Under the pieces are notes generated by a model that did no database searches, was not told the origin of the DNA, and saw only the letters and a list, made by a program, of their open reading frames with translations. Made by a program: the position numbers and the translations under genes. A stretch of DNA of 48,618 bases, the filler included, from Catajapyx aquilonaris (taxonomy: Eukaryota), in the NCBI GenBank assembly GCA_000934665.2. It is 3 parts of 3 records of this genome, joined end to end, with 100 filler letters (N's around TTAATTAATTAA, not from the genome) between each part and the next. Parts side by side here need not be neighbours in the genome. Positions count along the whole stretch, not along the records: positions 1 to 16,135 come from JYFJ02007290.1; 2 more parts are not named here. One strand, 5' to 3'. Within the stretch, counting starts at the first letter, position 1. Each line of letters opens with the position of its first letter. Shown piece after piece: positions 1-11,489 of this stretch.

Positions 1-660
1 CGTTGGTCTGCGCCCCACGTGCGCGCCTTTGGCGCGGTGCCCGTGTTCCGCCTATTCCATCCGGTTACAGAAATCCATCCGTTTACAGAACCCGTGACGT
101 CACGGTCCACAAAGGTATGGAGTATGCGAATGCGCCCTAGCTGACGTATTGGTGAAAAAAGGAAAAGTGGGGTGGGGGCCAGGAGGAGTGGGTGTAACCA
201 TATGTGAGCTGAGAGGTCTCCGGAGATGAGGGTGAATGGGCCATTGTTCTTTCCCAGCTTAACGACAACCAGATGGTCCATGTGGCGTGTGCAAAAGTCG
301 ACTTTTGGCCATCTCGAAAACGCTAGGAATTTTGGGATTTTGAGGATTTTTGGCCAATGTATATCGACTGCAAGGAATCCAACGGAATTTCGACCACAGC
401 TCTACGACCTCGGGAAGTGCGAAATCTTTTTCATCATCCTCCTCCTCCTATATATCCTCCTCCTCCTCCTCCTCCTCGTTTAGGGGCTTTATATATACTT
501 GAAGACTCGCTTTGCGAGCCGGTGGGGCTCCGCCCCCCCCCCCCCCCCNCCCCCCCCCCGGACCCCTCTGTGGGGCTGCGCCCCACCTGCGCGCCTTCGG
601 CGCGGTGCCCGTATTCCGCCTAATTCATCCGGTTACAGAAATCAGTGACGTCACCGGTAG
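1..660. repeat. Imperfect direct repeat (1-~100 vs ~567-660), possibly non-autonomous Helitron-like modules
   Basis: ggtctgcgccccacgtgcgcgcctttggcgcggtgcccgtgttccgcctattccatccggttacagaaatc recurs at ~572-642. At 497-520 a short hairpin (ctcgc-ttt-gcgag) lies next to CAAG|T on the minus strand, one mismatch from the Helitron 3' CTRR|T end. Confidence 0.45.
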
Positions 661-1288
661 CGATGAGGACTTTCCGAACGTCCCCTCTCTGACGTATCGT
701 TCAAAACAGCGTTTGGGACGACAGGTGGGACCATCTGTGACGTATCATTGCAACGGCTGGTTTGAGTGACAAGCGGGTGGAGCTAGGAGTTGGTGGGCCA
801 TTGTTCTCGGGGATCCGGGGGAGTTTGCGGATACATTAATTTCGCGATCTCGGGTTTGCGTCTACATTTAATTTGGCGATCTCCAAAACGGATATGGACA
901 TTTGCCTACACTTACAACCAAAGTGACTCTTCTTACCCTCCTGAATTTTGAAATTTTTGGCATTTATTTTTAATTCGGCTTGGCCTAGTGCTGAGAAAAC
1001 ATCTCCGCTGCTAATTTCCACGTTAGCAGGGTGAAAATACAGCCAAAAGGTGACGTTCCAAAGCCACAACACCTGCGTCCGGTCGCGAGTCGTTCGTCCA
1101 GGCTGCCCGGTCGCTGTCGCCTTTTCACCGCGTCTGTAGCTCTCACCGGTGCCACGAAGGAGAAGGGTCACCTCGCACGCTTTGAAAATTGAAGTCGAAG
1201 GCGAAATAATAATGGAGAGCCAGGACAGGGAGCATAATTATACTACATAAGAGGCGCAAACATTCGATTCGTGCGTCTCTTTGTTTGA

Positions 1289-2090
1289 AGCCAAGGCTGG
1301 CGCCCATTTTGAAACGGGGCCAACGAGGTACAGGCAGGCAGTAAAGTCCGCCATCTTTGATGGTTTTGGCGGCGGCTATAGATGGGTCGTTAAACGATCG
1401 CAACCATCGCGCATATCACGTGCCGCAGTGGATGCAATCCTGGAATGAAGCGTGATTTGTGCTTAGGCAGGATATGAGCTGAAAACACGTGGCCCTTATT
1501 TCTAACACTGGCCAAGATCCAGGAAGTATGGCCGCCTCCAAGTAGAGCTTTCGGATGATTTCGAGGCAGATATCTGCACTTTACCATGGCGGCGTGTCGC
1601 AAAGTTGGCTTGGACCCTCCTGAGGAAGTAGGCGATGATCCTCGGAAGAGGAGGACGTTGAGAAGCCAAATACGAGAAGTCGTCCATCGGGTGTACACTT
1701 CAAGAGAAAAAAAGAGGCTGGTGGGCCCCTCTGCGACGTTGCCAGAGCTACCGAAAGAACAGCTGAGGCCACGGGTGTAAATGGACGCGATTGCATTTCC
1801 CGCCGGAAACTTGGCAACGTTGGGTTGCGTTCGTTTATCGACCTATCCATATGGCACTTCACGGCAACACGCGCGAATTTCAATATTTTTGCCGTATGAG
1901 CTCCATTCATGCACTTTTCTACAGATTAATTTCGTAAGTACGGCATAAAATATTCAAATTCTCGCGTGTATTCTTGCCGTGAAGTGCCATGGCCACCGCC
2001 AAAACCATACAAGATGGCGGACCTTTACTGCCTGCCTGGAGCCTATTTACACCTAGTTGGCCCCGTTTCAAAATGGCCGCCACCCTTGGC

Positions 2091-2091
<1 letters not shown>
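1289..2091. mobile_element. Non-autonomous DNA transposon (MITE) with ~95-bp imperfect TIRs
   Basis: agccaagg..gcccattttgaaacggggccaac..caggcaggcagtaaagtccgccatctt..atggttttggcggcggc (1289-1377) is the reverse complement of ~1991-2091. No clean TSD seen. Confidence 0.7.
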
Positions 2092-2131
<40 letters not shown>

Positions 2132-2450
2132 TCCGGGTAGTGCTTGACCTCTCGGCATGTAGCACGGACCTTTATTTGTACCATGTACATTTTTGGAACC
2201 TAATGAAGCGCACGGGCCCACGGGCAGGATGACAGGAGGGGATGTGCAAGATGCAGTGCTATGTACTTGTGTGGCCATTTTTAGTGAACTCCCCCGGGTG
2301 CGGTGGTTTAGTCTATTGGAAATACCACCCGAGACGAAGTCAGAGCTGGCCTTAAACTCTGCGCGATATGAAGGGGGTTTCCCCGGGTGGGATTTGATCC
2401 CGGGACAATAACATCCGTGGGCGCGTACGTTACCGCAGGACCACTTCGCC
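2092..2450 (-). mobile_element. tRNA-derived SINE (family A) with (ATT)n tail
   Basis: Minus-strand A-box-like tggtcctgcggt and B-box-like gggatcaaatccc near 2445-2388. (AAT)n tail at 2091-2130. Body shared with the copy at 7476-7782. Confidence 0.7.
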
Positions 2451-3465
2451 TCCCCTTTCAGAGTACATGTAAGGTTAACAGAAACGTAAATTTAGGCGAT
2501 GGTGGTATAGCTAGAGCTGAAGGGGTTAATGTGCAACGCTACCTCATCTGCCTCGGCCCGACACCCACGGCTCTCACGAATTAGTAGCAGCTTCCAATAG
2601 AAAATGATTATCAATTTATCATGGTAGGCCACGCAGCAAAATCAATCCTGAAAGGAATCCTTTCGACGTCAAAATGCAAAGCCTAAGTTTTTACCATGGT
2701 TTTTACCCACTAGTACTAGTGCCCGATTGCACCAACGAAATTACCAATTCGATAGTTCCTAACAGATTGTTAGCACACGTTAGAAGGGCTCCTAACGATC
2801 CATTAGGAGCTATCGGATCGGTAATTTTGGTTTGTGCAATCGGGCATAGCACTTTCTCCGATTGCAAAATGCACTGGCGACTCATGTGGAGATCGTACTG
2901 TTCTCCCAAGGTCATGAAGTTATTCCATCTCCACCTTACCACCTACGTTTATATTGAGTAATTTTGGGCATTATTCTGCGTTGATTTATGTGTCAACTGT
3001 GACTCGTGCCACAAACCCAATGGTACTGGTACTGTACTCTAAGATTACTCATTTTTTTCTGGTTAATTTCGACGCGACGTACCTGTGACAATTTATTACA
3101 ATTGGCGCCAGGCTAAATATGCGCCTGACCCCACTTTGAAACGGTCATTATTATTTCCCGTACGATCGCAAAATTCTGAAACTTGAGCATTGTCATCACC
3201 TCTTGAGTAGGTCTCCCGTTATCCCCCCCGCCCACCCACACATCCCACAGACAAAATTCCGTAGGGATCGAGCCGCATCTTTTGTCAAAATTGACGCAGT
3301 TGAAGTGGCAACATGACATTTCTTACACCAACAATTCCCCGTGGAATTCAACTGTGTAATATTGGTAATATGAAAACAGGCTGCCTGACCTCGCGAGTCA
3401 AGTTTTCAGATAAACAGTATTGAAATTTGCATGGTTTTGGTGGTTTTGGTGGTTTTGGTATAATC

Positions 3466-3694
3466 CAGCGGTTCCCAACCTGGGGGTCGCGAAGCCTTTT
3501 CCGGGGGGTCGCGCATAGCCGCGGTAATTTTTATGAATTAATTTTTGTTAATGACAGTTTTTATATGAAATTTCGGCGAGGAGGTTTTTTTTTCAACGCC
3601 TACTACCACTGGGGGGGGGGGGGGCNGGGGGGGGGGTCAGGTTACTTGACTATCATAAGGGGGGTCGCGACCCGAAATAGGTTGGGAACCACTG
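3466..3694. mobile_element. hAT-type MITE
   Basis: TIRs cagcggttcccaacct / aggttgggaaccactg. Perfect 8-bp TSD gtataatc at 3458-3465 and 3695-3702. Confidence 0.9.
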
Positions 3695-5377
3695 GTATAA
3701 TCGATAGATATAGGTACAGGAAGCAAGGGAGAGCGATGTTCCTTATTTCCAAGCTTGGGTTACGCCATGACAGACGTTGCAAGTGCGCTTTAAAGAGACC
3801 CGCACTCCCGCAGTTATGGCCGGGAGTGCATTGGGTTTTGGAATATGATGGGGTGTAAGCCAGGAGCGCGAACCGGGATCTGTTCAAGGGTGTTGAAGAA
3901 TGCCAGAATATCTGGATTATCTGAACATGATCGAGTATGGGACATAGGAATTGTCCATTCAGCTGGAACCAACGAGGTAAGCTGGCTAGGCTGGGAAAGT
4001 GGAAAAATGGTGTACGAAGGAGCTCGCTGATTAACTAGACAAGCCCCTTCCACAATTTCTTTTTATTCGCCCGTTATCAGGGCCGCTTTGTCCTTCTCCG
4101 CGTCTTCATCTGCATTTGTTCAACTTGCTTTTATGATGACCAGCGTAGAAAAAAGTATGTATAGACACGGAACCTGTTAGCTACGCCTGCAAACACAACA
4201 CGCGAGTGCGATTGTGCATCATATTTTGGTTCGTCGTACTTAGGATAACATTCCTGTTTCTCCCTGCTTCTGTCTGAAATGTAGAGCAATCAGCCACAAT
4301 AGAATTATTTCCAGGTAGCCTAAGCAAAATACATCATTCCCATCTTTGCTTTTGCTATTAGACTATTATTTTAGTGAATACTAGCAGGTTGCTCGGGTAT
4401 GTTAAGGTGGTAGTGGTCAGGGCATCCATATCTATATTATTTTTAGGAAGTTTGTTTATAAAATTTGAATTCCATATACACTCTGTATGCCTTAAAACTG
4501 GTCTTATGGATCATTGTGTAGTATGCTCATTGCAAAAAATATGCCAAAGTTTGTCATTACCTGTGGAGGGCGGAAGGAAGGTTGTCAGCCTGCATAGCCA
4601 AATGATTCCCTTTCTTGTACCGAAATATCTGGCAATTTTTTATCAATAGAGTCTACCCATCCCGATCAAAAATGGACTTACCCCCTTCTTGCACAATACC
4701 CTTCAATAATTATTGCAGCAATCCTATTGGTGATGTCAGCGCCAAAGCTGTTGCACATGTTGTCAGGTGTCTATTAGACACAAATTCTCATCAGATAAAC
4801 ATAGAAATGGAAAGCTATTGTTTTGTTACTGCCTCTGTGCAGCTTGTGTCTGGCTGCTTTAAGTTCTAGATGGGACTGGCGTTGACTGTCTGCTTTCATG
4901 CTGCCGTTTAGTTCATTTGGGTTTGGCAAAGTTAAGTTTCCATGGAGATGGCCTCAAACGAATATGATTTAGATTGTTGATATTGTTGTTGAATGATGGC
5001 TCAAAGAGAGGAGGCGATGAACAGGCATTCCCCTGCATTTCTATAGCGAACAAACTCACAAACATCCTCTATTATAGATTAAGATTCCTCATTATCAGAG
5101 GAATGTAATATCACATATTATATTTAGAAATGGGCGACACGGTGGCCGAGTGGTTAGCGCCGCAGCCTTCCACCTCTAAGGTCCCGAGTTTGATCCCCGG
5201 GTTGGACAGAGGATACTTATGTGCATAGCAGGGTTGGCATGATTATAATCAATTGATTATAATCATTGATTATAATCAACTGATTTATAATGAAAAATCT
5301 TGATTATAATCACTAATAATAATAACAATAATAATAACAATAACAACAACAACAATAATAACAATAATTTAGGTATA

Positions 5378-5495
5378 TAGTCTGGTGACCCGGGGTAGCT
5401 TGCCCCCTGGGGTAACTGGTTGTTTACTGCTATCCTTTTACATATGATGCCATGGTGATTGCCCCCGGGATAGCTTACCCCGGGTCATCAGACTA
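5378..5495. mobile_element. Small foldback MITE nested in the hAT element
   Basis: tagtctggtgacccggggtagct ... agcttaccccgggtcatcagacta inverted repeat. Confidence 0.6.
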
Positions 5496-5565
5496 GGGGC
5501 CTTAAAGAAGTTAAAATGTTGAAAGGCTAAAAAAATATCCTACCATAGAACCATAGTACCATGTA

Positions 5566-6020
5566 CAGTCAATCCTCGTTTAACATCGGGGATAGCCGGA
5601 TAGGTTTGTGACTTCGTGTAAAGTGAAACATTCTTACATTAATCATTTAATCTTATGGGAATTGGGAAATAGGGGGATAGGTTCCTGGGGGACCAGGTTC
5701 GTCATACATTTATCCTACCAATAATCACAAACTCACCAGTCAAAAAGTTAAAACTTAAAACTCTTGACTCTTGAGTTTTGACTTATTGTATATGTGTAGT
5801 AATATACAGTTTAATTATCATAATCAGTACATGAGAACATGACAGAGCCACAGAGGTAGTGCATCAGGCACTGCTTTCTGCGTAATACAGATACAGTAGC
5901 GTACAATAATACTGTAAGTGTACCCGGTCTTACAGGTATGTACACACGTGCACTACTGAATAGTGTAGTCGGCTAGTCGCTCCCAAGTAAGCTGAATCCG
6001 TGTTAAACGAGGATTTACTG
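5566..6020. mobile_element. pogo/Tigger-like (Tc1/mariner) MITE nested in the hAT element
   Basis: TA-flanked TIRs cagtcaatcctcgtttaaca / tgttaaacgaggatttactg. Confidence 0.85.
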
Positions 6021-6352
6021 TATATTGTATCATGCACTTTCCTTGGAATGTAACATGTTTGACAATATTGACATACATTTCTTGATTTTCTTCAAATAGC
6101 AGGTGGAGTTTTTATCAGGAAAATGAAATAAAGTGCTGTACTACAAATAATATTATTATATTAAAATAATCTGATTATAATCAAAATAATCCGATTATTG
6201 GATTATTTTAAAATAATCATTGATTATTGCCAACCCTGGTGCATAGAGTTTTGATGGATTCTCTCCGTGTTCGCGTGGGTTTTCTCGGCGTTCTCCTGTT
6301 TCCTCTCACTATCAAAATCCATCACAGCGCAGGCAATGATTAAAGTCTGCTA

Positions 6353-7129
6353 CGAGGGTTGAGTCAAAAGTCATGGTGCGTATTTTTTTATTCAAAAACA
6401 GTAACACATACAGAGATGACCTTTGCTGAGTTTTGAAGATCCGGCGATTGCAATTTTATCTGGCTTATAGATGTCGCCCATATCGCTCGGGGGGTGGGGA
6501 AAAAGGAAGAATGTGACCCCCCCACCGCACCATCGCCCTAAGACAGCCCGAGCCTGATGTGCTTTGAGATGTTGGACGTTGCATGCTGGACACTCGGTGA
6601 TGGACAACACAGGAGCTTCATTTCGAGTGTGGGACAAGTCAGAGCACTATGCTTAGGACTCGGAAAGACTGAATAGTCTCAGGAAGTTGCCATCCTCACT
6701 GGTTCCTCTCTTTCCATCCCTTTGAGGTGCAAAAGTGCCGCCATTTTTCCCTCGCTTGGAACTCGATCGCATTGAGGGCGATGGTTTTTTAAAACTGTCT
6801 GTGGCGATAGATGACACATGGCTCCGGTCATAGTGCTCTGACTTGTCCCACACTCGAAAGCAAGCTCCAGTGTTGTCCATCTCCGAGGGTCCCGCATGCA
6901 GCGTCCAACAGCTCCCATGTGCGGCGGGCTCGGGCCGTCTTAGGGCGATGGTGCAGTGGGGGGGGTCACATTCTCCCTTTTTCCCCACCCCCCGAGCGAT
7001 ATGGGCGACATCTATAAGCCAGAGAAAATTGTAATCGCCGGATCTTCAAAACTCAGCAAAGGTCACCTCTGAATGTGTTACTGTTTTTGAATTAAAAAAT
7101 ACGCGCCATGACTTTTGACTCGACCCTAG
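6353..7129. mobile_element. mariner-like foldback MITE with ~300-bp inverted arms
   Basis: TA|cgagggttgagtcaaaagtcatgg ... ccatgacttttgactcgaccctag|TA. Arms 6353-6651 and 6829-7129 are reverse complements. Related fragment at ~37900-38195. Confidence 0.9.
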
Positions 7130-7183
7130 TATTTAAAAAAGATGATCCTCTAATAGGCCCCAGGAAGCCTATCACGGGGTATC

Positions 7184-7266
<83 letters not shown>

Positions 7267-7475
7267 TTAGATATTATCCATGTATGTAATGTATGTAATG
7301 GAAGTTGTGAAATTTGCATTGAAACTTTCTGGGCTTGTGGTTTTCAAAACAACTGGGATTTCAAAGCATAAAAAATGTGTGAAAATATTTTTTATATTGT
7401 TACAAGTTACAAATTTCATGCTTTTTTTTTTCATCATTACTTTGCTGTAGTTGTTGGCCAGTTAATTAATGTTTC

Positions 7476-7782
7476 ATAATAATAATGATCATAATCATAA
7501 TCATAATCCTGGGGTAGTGCTTGCACCCCCAAATGGGGGTATATCTCACAGACCTTTATTTTGATATTGGTGCAACTGGTGCCTATTCATTGAAGCGCCC
7601 ATGGGCAGGATGACAGGAGGGGATGTGCAAAGTGCAGTGCGCGGGCTGATATGGGTACATTTTGTGAACTCCCCGGGTGGATATGTCTATTGGTGATTCC
7701 ACCCGAGACGAAGCCAGAGACGACCTAAACTCTGCACGAGATGAAGGGGGTGTCCTTGGGCTGGGATTGAACCCGGGACCTT
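7476..7782 (-). mobile_element. SINE family A, second (5'-truncated) copy
   Basis: Shares gggcaggatgacaggaggggatgtgcaa, ccacccgagacgaag and aaactctgc..gatgaagggg blocks with 2092-2450. AAT-rich tail. Confidence 0.7.
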
Positions 7783-7885
7783 AATGTTTCATAGTGTACC
7801 ATGTATTCGGGGATGTACAGTTCTAGATATCTTCCATCATGTAGACATTTTTTGACACTAGCTGCCACTGTGCAGTATTCAAGAG

Positions 7886-8130
7886 CAGGGTCCCCTACAT
7901 GGGTGCCTCCCCCACCCTAGACAGGGTACTGTCTCCACGTAGTCCTTATGGGGTGGCCATATTGGATCTTGATTGCAATGCTGCAGTGTAGGAAATTGGC
8001 AAGCGTTTCCTGTTTTTTTTTTCAAGGACATTTTTTCATGGCATGCAGATCCAATGTGAAGTCAGATGCAATATGGCGGAGAGACAATACCCTGACTAGG
8101 GTGGGGGAGGCACCCATGTAGGGGACCCTG
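7886..8130. mobile_element. hAT-type MITE
   Basis: ~50-bp TIRs cagggtcccctacatgggtgcctcccccaccctag / ctagggtgggggaggcacccatgtaggggaccctg. 8-bp TSD ttcaagag / ttcatgag (1 mismatch). Confidence 0.85.
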
Positions 8131-8301
8131 TTCATGAGGGGTTTAGGTATGATGGATATCTTTCATTGCCTTCTTTAAACCCCAAAATCACGATCCCAAG
8201 GCAGGCAACATGGCAGTATTAACTCAAAGATTCCAAAATGTGGACATGTGTTGTTTTCGAAACAACAGATTCAATTGAAGATTGCATTATCCCCTTTCTG
8301 T

Positions 8302-8302
<1 letters not shown>

Positions 8303-8364
<62 letters not shown>

Positions 8365-8659
8365 TTGTACCCCGTGCTAGAGCCATGGGCCCTCTTAGGG
8401 GGGGTGGGATACCACCATATATTTTTTTTATCTGGAACTCCTGCTTTCGTTTTTAATTCTCGTATATTGGGGATGGGATAGGGACGGAAGGAAGCGGCTG
8501 TGGCCTATAATTACGGACACGACCCCAGAATTTTCTTGGGGAGACCATGGGAAGCCACAGAAAACCATGGTCAGGGTCGGCGGCCACAGGGATTCGAACC
8601 CAGGACCTCCCTATTAGCAGACGGATACCATATCCCCTCCACTACCACTGCTTCGGTCC
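8303..8659 (-). mobile_element. tRNA-derived SINE (family B) with (ATT)n tail
   Basis: Minus-strand B-box gggttcgaatccc at ~8601-8589, followed by a ggttttctgtggcttccc body. (AAT)n at 8303-8363. The tail block is also present inverted at ~12815-12868. Confidence 0.7.
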
Positions 8660-8688
8660 CTTACTGTATTTATAAAATAAATGCTATA

Positions 8689-8924
8689 CAGGGTGGTCTG
8701 TAAATTATGCACAAGCTTCAGGTAGCGAGATTCCTTGTGACAAACCAGTATATGGAAGTGAAGGTCATATTGCTCTACAGGGCCTTCTTAGGGCTGACGA
8801 AGCCTACAAAGTTTGGGCCAAATCATGACGTCACATCTGCCCGCGAAATTCAAACACTACCGTATCGCCACCGGACGCGGTGTGTTGCTAGCCGCTGCCA
8901 TGTTGACACCCCCCACATGTTCAC
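8689..8924. mobile_element. Tc1/mariner-type element end, repeated at 14537-14772
   Basis: TA|cagggtggtc... ~235 bp near-identical to 14537-14772 (TA|caggatggtc...). Confidence 0.7.
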
Positions 8925-10080
8925 CAAACAATGGAACTGTATAAACTCGCAGGGACATGGCCATACCGTCGTCCCCGCGAGTTTATACGGCGGTAAGGCA
9001 ACGAGAGTTGGCCACATTATTGTACAGATAGGATCAATTTCCTGATCTCCGTCTACCGAAAGAAGTGTTTGACTTGATTGTGACAATTGAATCCTTTAGT
9101 ACCGATCTATAAGAGAAGGCAAATGTCCGTAACAGAGTTTCAGTTTTTTTTACAACAAAACAACGAGGAACATTGTAGTGTGATAGTGACAGTTATTTTT
9201 AAGTTTTGAACCTCTTTCGTCGCTGGATATAAAGGTAGGCTTCCTTATATAATAACGTGCTTAAAAAATTCCAAAACTTCTCTAACTCAAATCTTCTGTA
9301 ACTCGAATTTTTTTTCCAGTCCCATGGAGATTCGACTTATAGAAGTTTTACTGTAAACCGATTTCCCTATTTATAAAAATAAAATAATGCCGTTGAATAA
9401 TGACTTGAGCAATACAATCATACAAGAATGGTTTAACAGCAGGTAGTACATATGCACAAGCGTTTTCTGTGGCTTCTTTCTTGAGTTTCCACGAAATAAA
9501 TGGAACTGTCACAATGAGCATGGTCAAAATTAGGAACGCCTAAGTAGCCGAAATTAGGAACAAGACAACTTTCTACTGTGGCTGCTGGTTCACATCGACA
9601 AGTTGCAGCACAATATCGATACTTTAAAACATGCAAATAAACAGTGTAAGCAACATCATAGGCTAAATTATTGAATAGCTTAGCTTAATTGCTGGGAAAT
9701 GATGGCCATGCAGCTGCAGTCCACCATGCTCTTACAAACAAATTGGTGTCAAAGGTTGTACAATGCACGGTTATTTGCATCAGTGCTGCCAGCTCACCAA
9801 TTCCGTCTTGTGGTAAATTCCGTCCAATATGGCTGCGCCTGACAACGGCTCAGATAAGGCTGGTCTATCGTAGGCCCAGCGGCTACATGGGAGTAAACTG
9901 GTTCGCCTAGCGTAGGCGGCCGTAGCTAGGCCGATTTTTAGTCCCATGTAAACGCACTCAATGATGCACCAACTGTGCCAGTTTCATGCAAATTTGCAAG
10001 AGGCAACTTCGGGTCCCTGCCTTGTCAGTGGTTGATATAAAGTGGCCCACACGAAAATAGCTACATGTTAAGCTACAAGT

Positions 10081-10751
10081 GAGGGGGTGAAAATCAAAAA
10101 CCGACAGCTCCGTCATAAACGTAACGGAGAAAAACGAGAAAAACCTACAGTTTCACCGTATGTCAACGTAGACACCTGAATGTAGCGGCTATAGATTCCT
10201 TTACTAGCAACTCAACCATTGGTAAGTTATTATGAAATCATCCGCCATTACCCAAGGAGCTGTGGACCGTCCATTCCGCCACTGGCCGGTTTTTGATTTG
10301 CAACAGGCTGGAGCTGGCGGTTTTTGATGCAAAATTGAGTGAGTGAAACATGAAACACAGGTTTATCCGGCATGTAAATGTTTAAGTTTATTCCTCGCTT
10401 ACATACCAACGTTCCATTGCATTACGCAAGGTGTTCTGTTAAAATTCTGTAAATTCTGTAAAATTCGCACCGTCGTTATCCGTACGAGCTTCGCAGTATG
10501 TACTGTCTCCCATAGCTTTAGTTTCGTGATGGAGCTGGCGGTTTTTGATCTGTAATTTTCTGCGAGTGGGGATGGAGCTGGCGGTTTTTGGTACGGAGGT
10601 CACTTTTCACCCCTGCATTTGACGGCTTTGTTGTAGGATTTTAAATACCATATTAAGGTATTATGTACTCCATGGCATGAGAAATGCATTGCCGGCGCTA
10701 ACTCATTTTTTTTGTTTTTTGGAGCTGTCGGTTTTTGATTTTCACCCCCTC
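10081..10751. mobile_element. Sola-like (Sola2-type) non-autonomous DNA transposon
   Basis: Perfect 31-bp TIRs gagggggtgaaaatcaaaaaccgacagctcc / ggagctgtcggtttttgattttcaccccctc. 4-bp TSD aagt (10077-10080, 10752-10755). GAG...CTC termini. Internal ggagctggcggtttttg repeats. Confidence 0.75.
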
Positions 10752-11105
10752 AAGTAGCAGTTAAGGCTAAAAATAGTTAAAAGTTGTGCCTCATGACGAG
10801 ATTCAGAAAACACAAAGCTTTTGCTGGGCCAGAGGGTTGCATGCCTCCAATTACAAGCTATAGATCTGTAAGGCCACAATAACTTCACCTGTGAGGTGCA
10901 CAAGACAGGCAGTAATGGTGCAGTGATCTCGAAGCCACATGTAGGCAATACACCAACTGCCTCAGGACCAGATGAGTTGTCATTTTGGAACTTCACAAAA
11001 CTGGAAATAACTATAGCTGCCATGTCGTTGAGACTAATATGGTACAAATTTGAAATAAAAGATCTAAATAAGACTGCTTGTTGATTGACTTATCATTTGC
11101 CGCAG

Positions 11106-11227
11106 GAGGACACGATGGAGCTGGAGTTGGTAACCTTAATCAGATGCAGTTTCATCAAATCACCACTTTGGCACAGCCGCCACCACCATACCCTGGCCCA
11201 CCACCACCATACCCTGGCAGACAGCAG
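11106..11227 (+). CDS. KMT2C: KMT2C/D (MLL3/4-like) internal exon: GHDGAGVGNLNQMQFHQITTLAQPPPPYPGPPPPYPGRQQ
   Basis: cag| acceptor and |gtaact donor, open frame, phase-0 end compatible with the next exon. PPPPYPG motif as recalled from vertebrate KMT2C. Confidence 0.75.
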
Positions 11228-11489
11228 GTAACTTTTTAACCCTTAAGCAGCATTATTTTAAAATTTGCTTCATTATAATACAAACTAGTGTGACGTTTGC
11301 ATGTGTTGGCTTTGGTGGTAGCATAATTGTTAATTCATTTCAATTAATTAACTAGTTGCAAAAAAACTATTCGGCATGCAAAGAACATTGCACACCTGTA
11401 CAAAGCTTGAAAAAAAAGTCAGGACACTTAATGCTTGATTTATTTTTAGTGGAAGCAGGGTGACATTTTTCACGTGAATATGTCTTTAA

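Larger units (their letters stand above)
5229..6238. mobile_element. hAT-type non-autonomous element inserted in the SINE
   Basis: TIRs CAGGGTTGGCA / TGCCAACCCTG. 8-bp TSD gtgcatag at 5221-5228 and 6239-6246. Subterminal gattataatc repeats at both ends. Confidence 0.9.
5132..7259 (+). mobile_element. tRNA-derived V-domain SINE, interrupted by two DNA-transposon insertions
   Basis: tRNA head (tggccgagtggttagcg...gagtttgatcccc) at 5132-5200. V-domain-like core ttctctccgtgttcgcgtgggttttctcggcgttctcctgtttcctctcac at ~6259-6310. Tail at 7132-7259 ends in (ATT)n. 12-bp TSD attatatttaga at 5117-5128 and 7260-7271. Colinear with the uninterrupted copy at 34953-35187. Confidence 0.85.

Noticed and set aside
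1502..1687. ORF with RRHGK resembling a herpesvirus terminase Walker A
   Set aside because: Short ORF inside a MITE with no other terminase motifs; chance match.
5132..5205. tRNA-like sequence (also 34953-35025, ~2390-2450, ~8585-8659)
   Set aside because: These are heads of SINEs with body, tail and (for two) TSDs. No complete cloverleaf is evident, so they are not called tRNA genes.
7092..7371. Poly-Asn / poly-Leu ORFs (also 1966-2278, 8248-8481)
   Set aside because: Translations of (AAT)n SINE tails.
8707..9045. Duplicated ORF shared with 14552-14884, resembling a paralogous gene pair
   Set aside because: Similarity is confined to a TA-flanked transposon end and stops at ~235 bp; no coding evidence.
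10285..10600. Spaced ggagctggcggtttttg repeats resembling a CRISPR array
   Set aside because: Irregular spacing, eukaryotic context, and derived from the TIR of the enclosing transposon.
10896..11084. Possible additional KMT2C/D exon
   Set aside because: No convincing splice donor/acceptor pair and no recognisable similarity.
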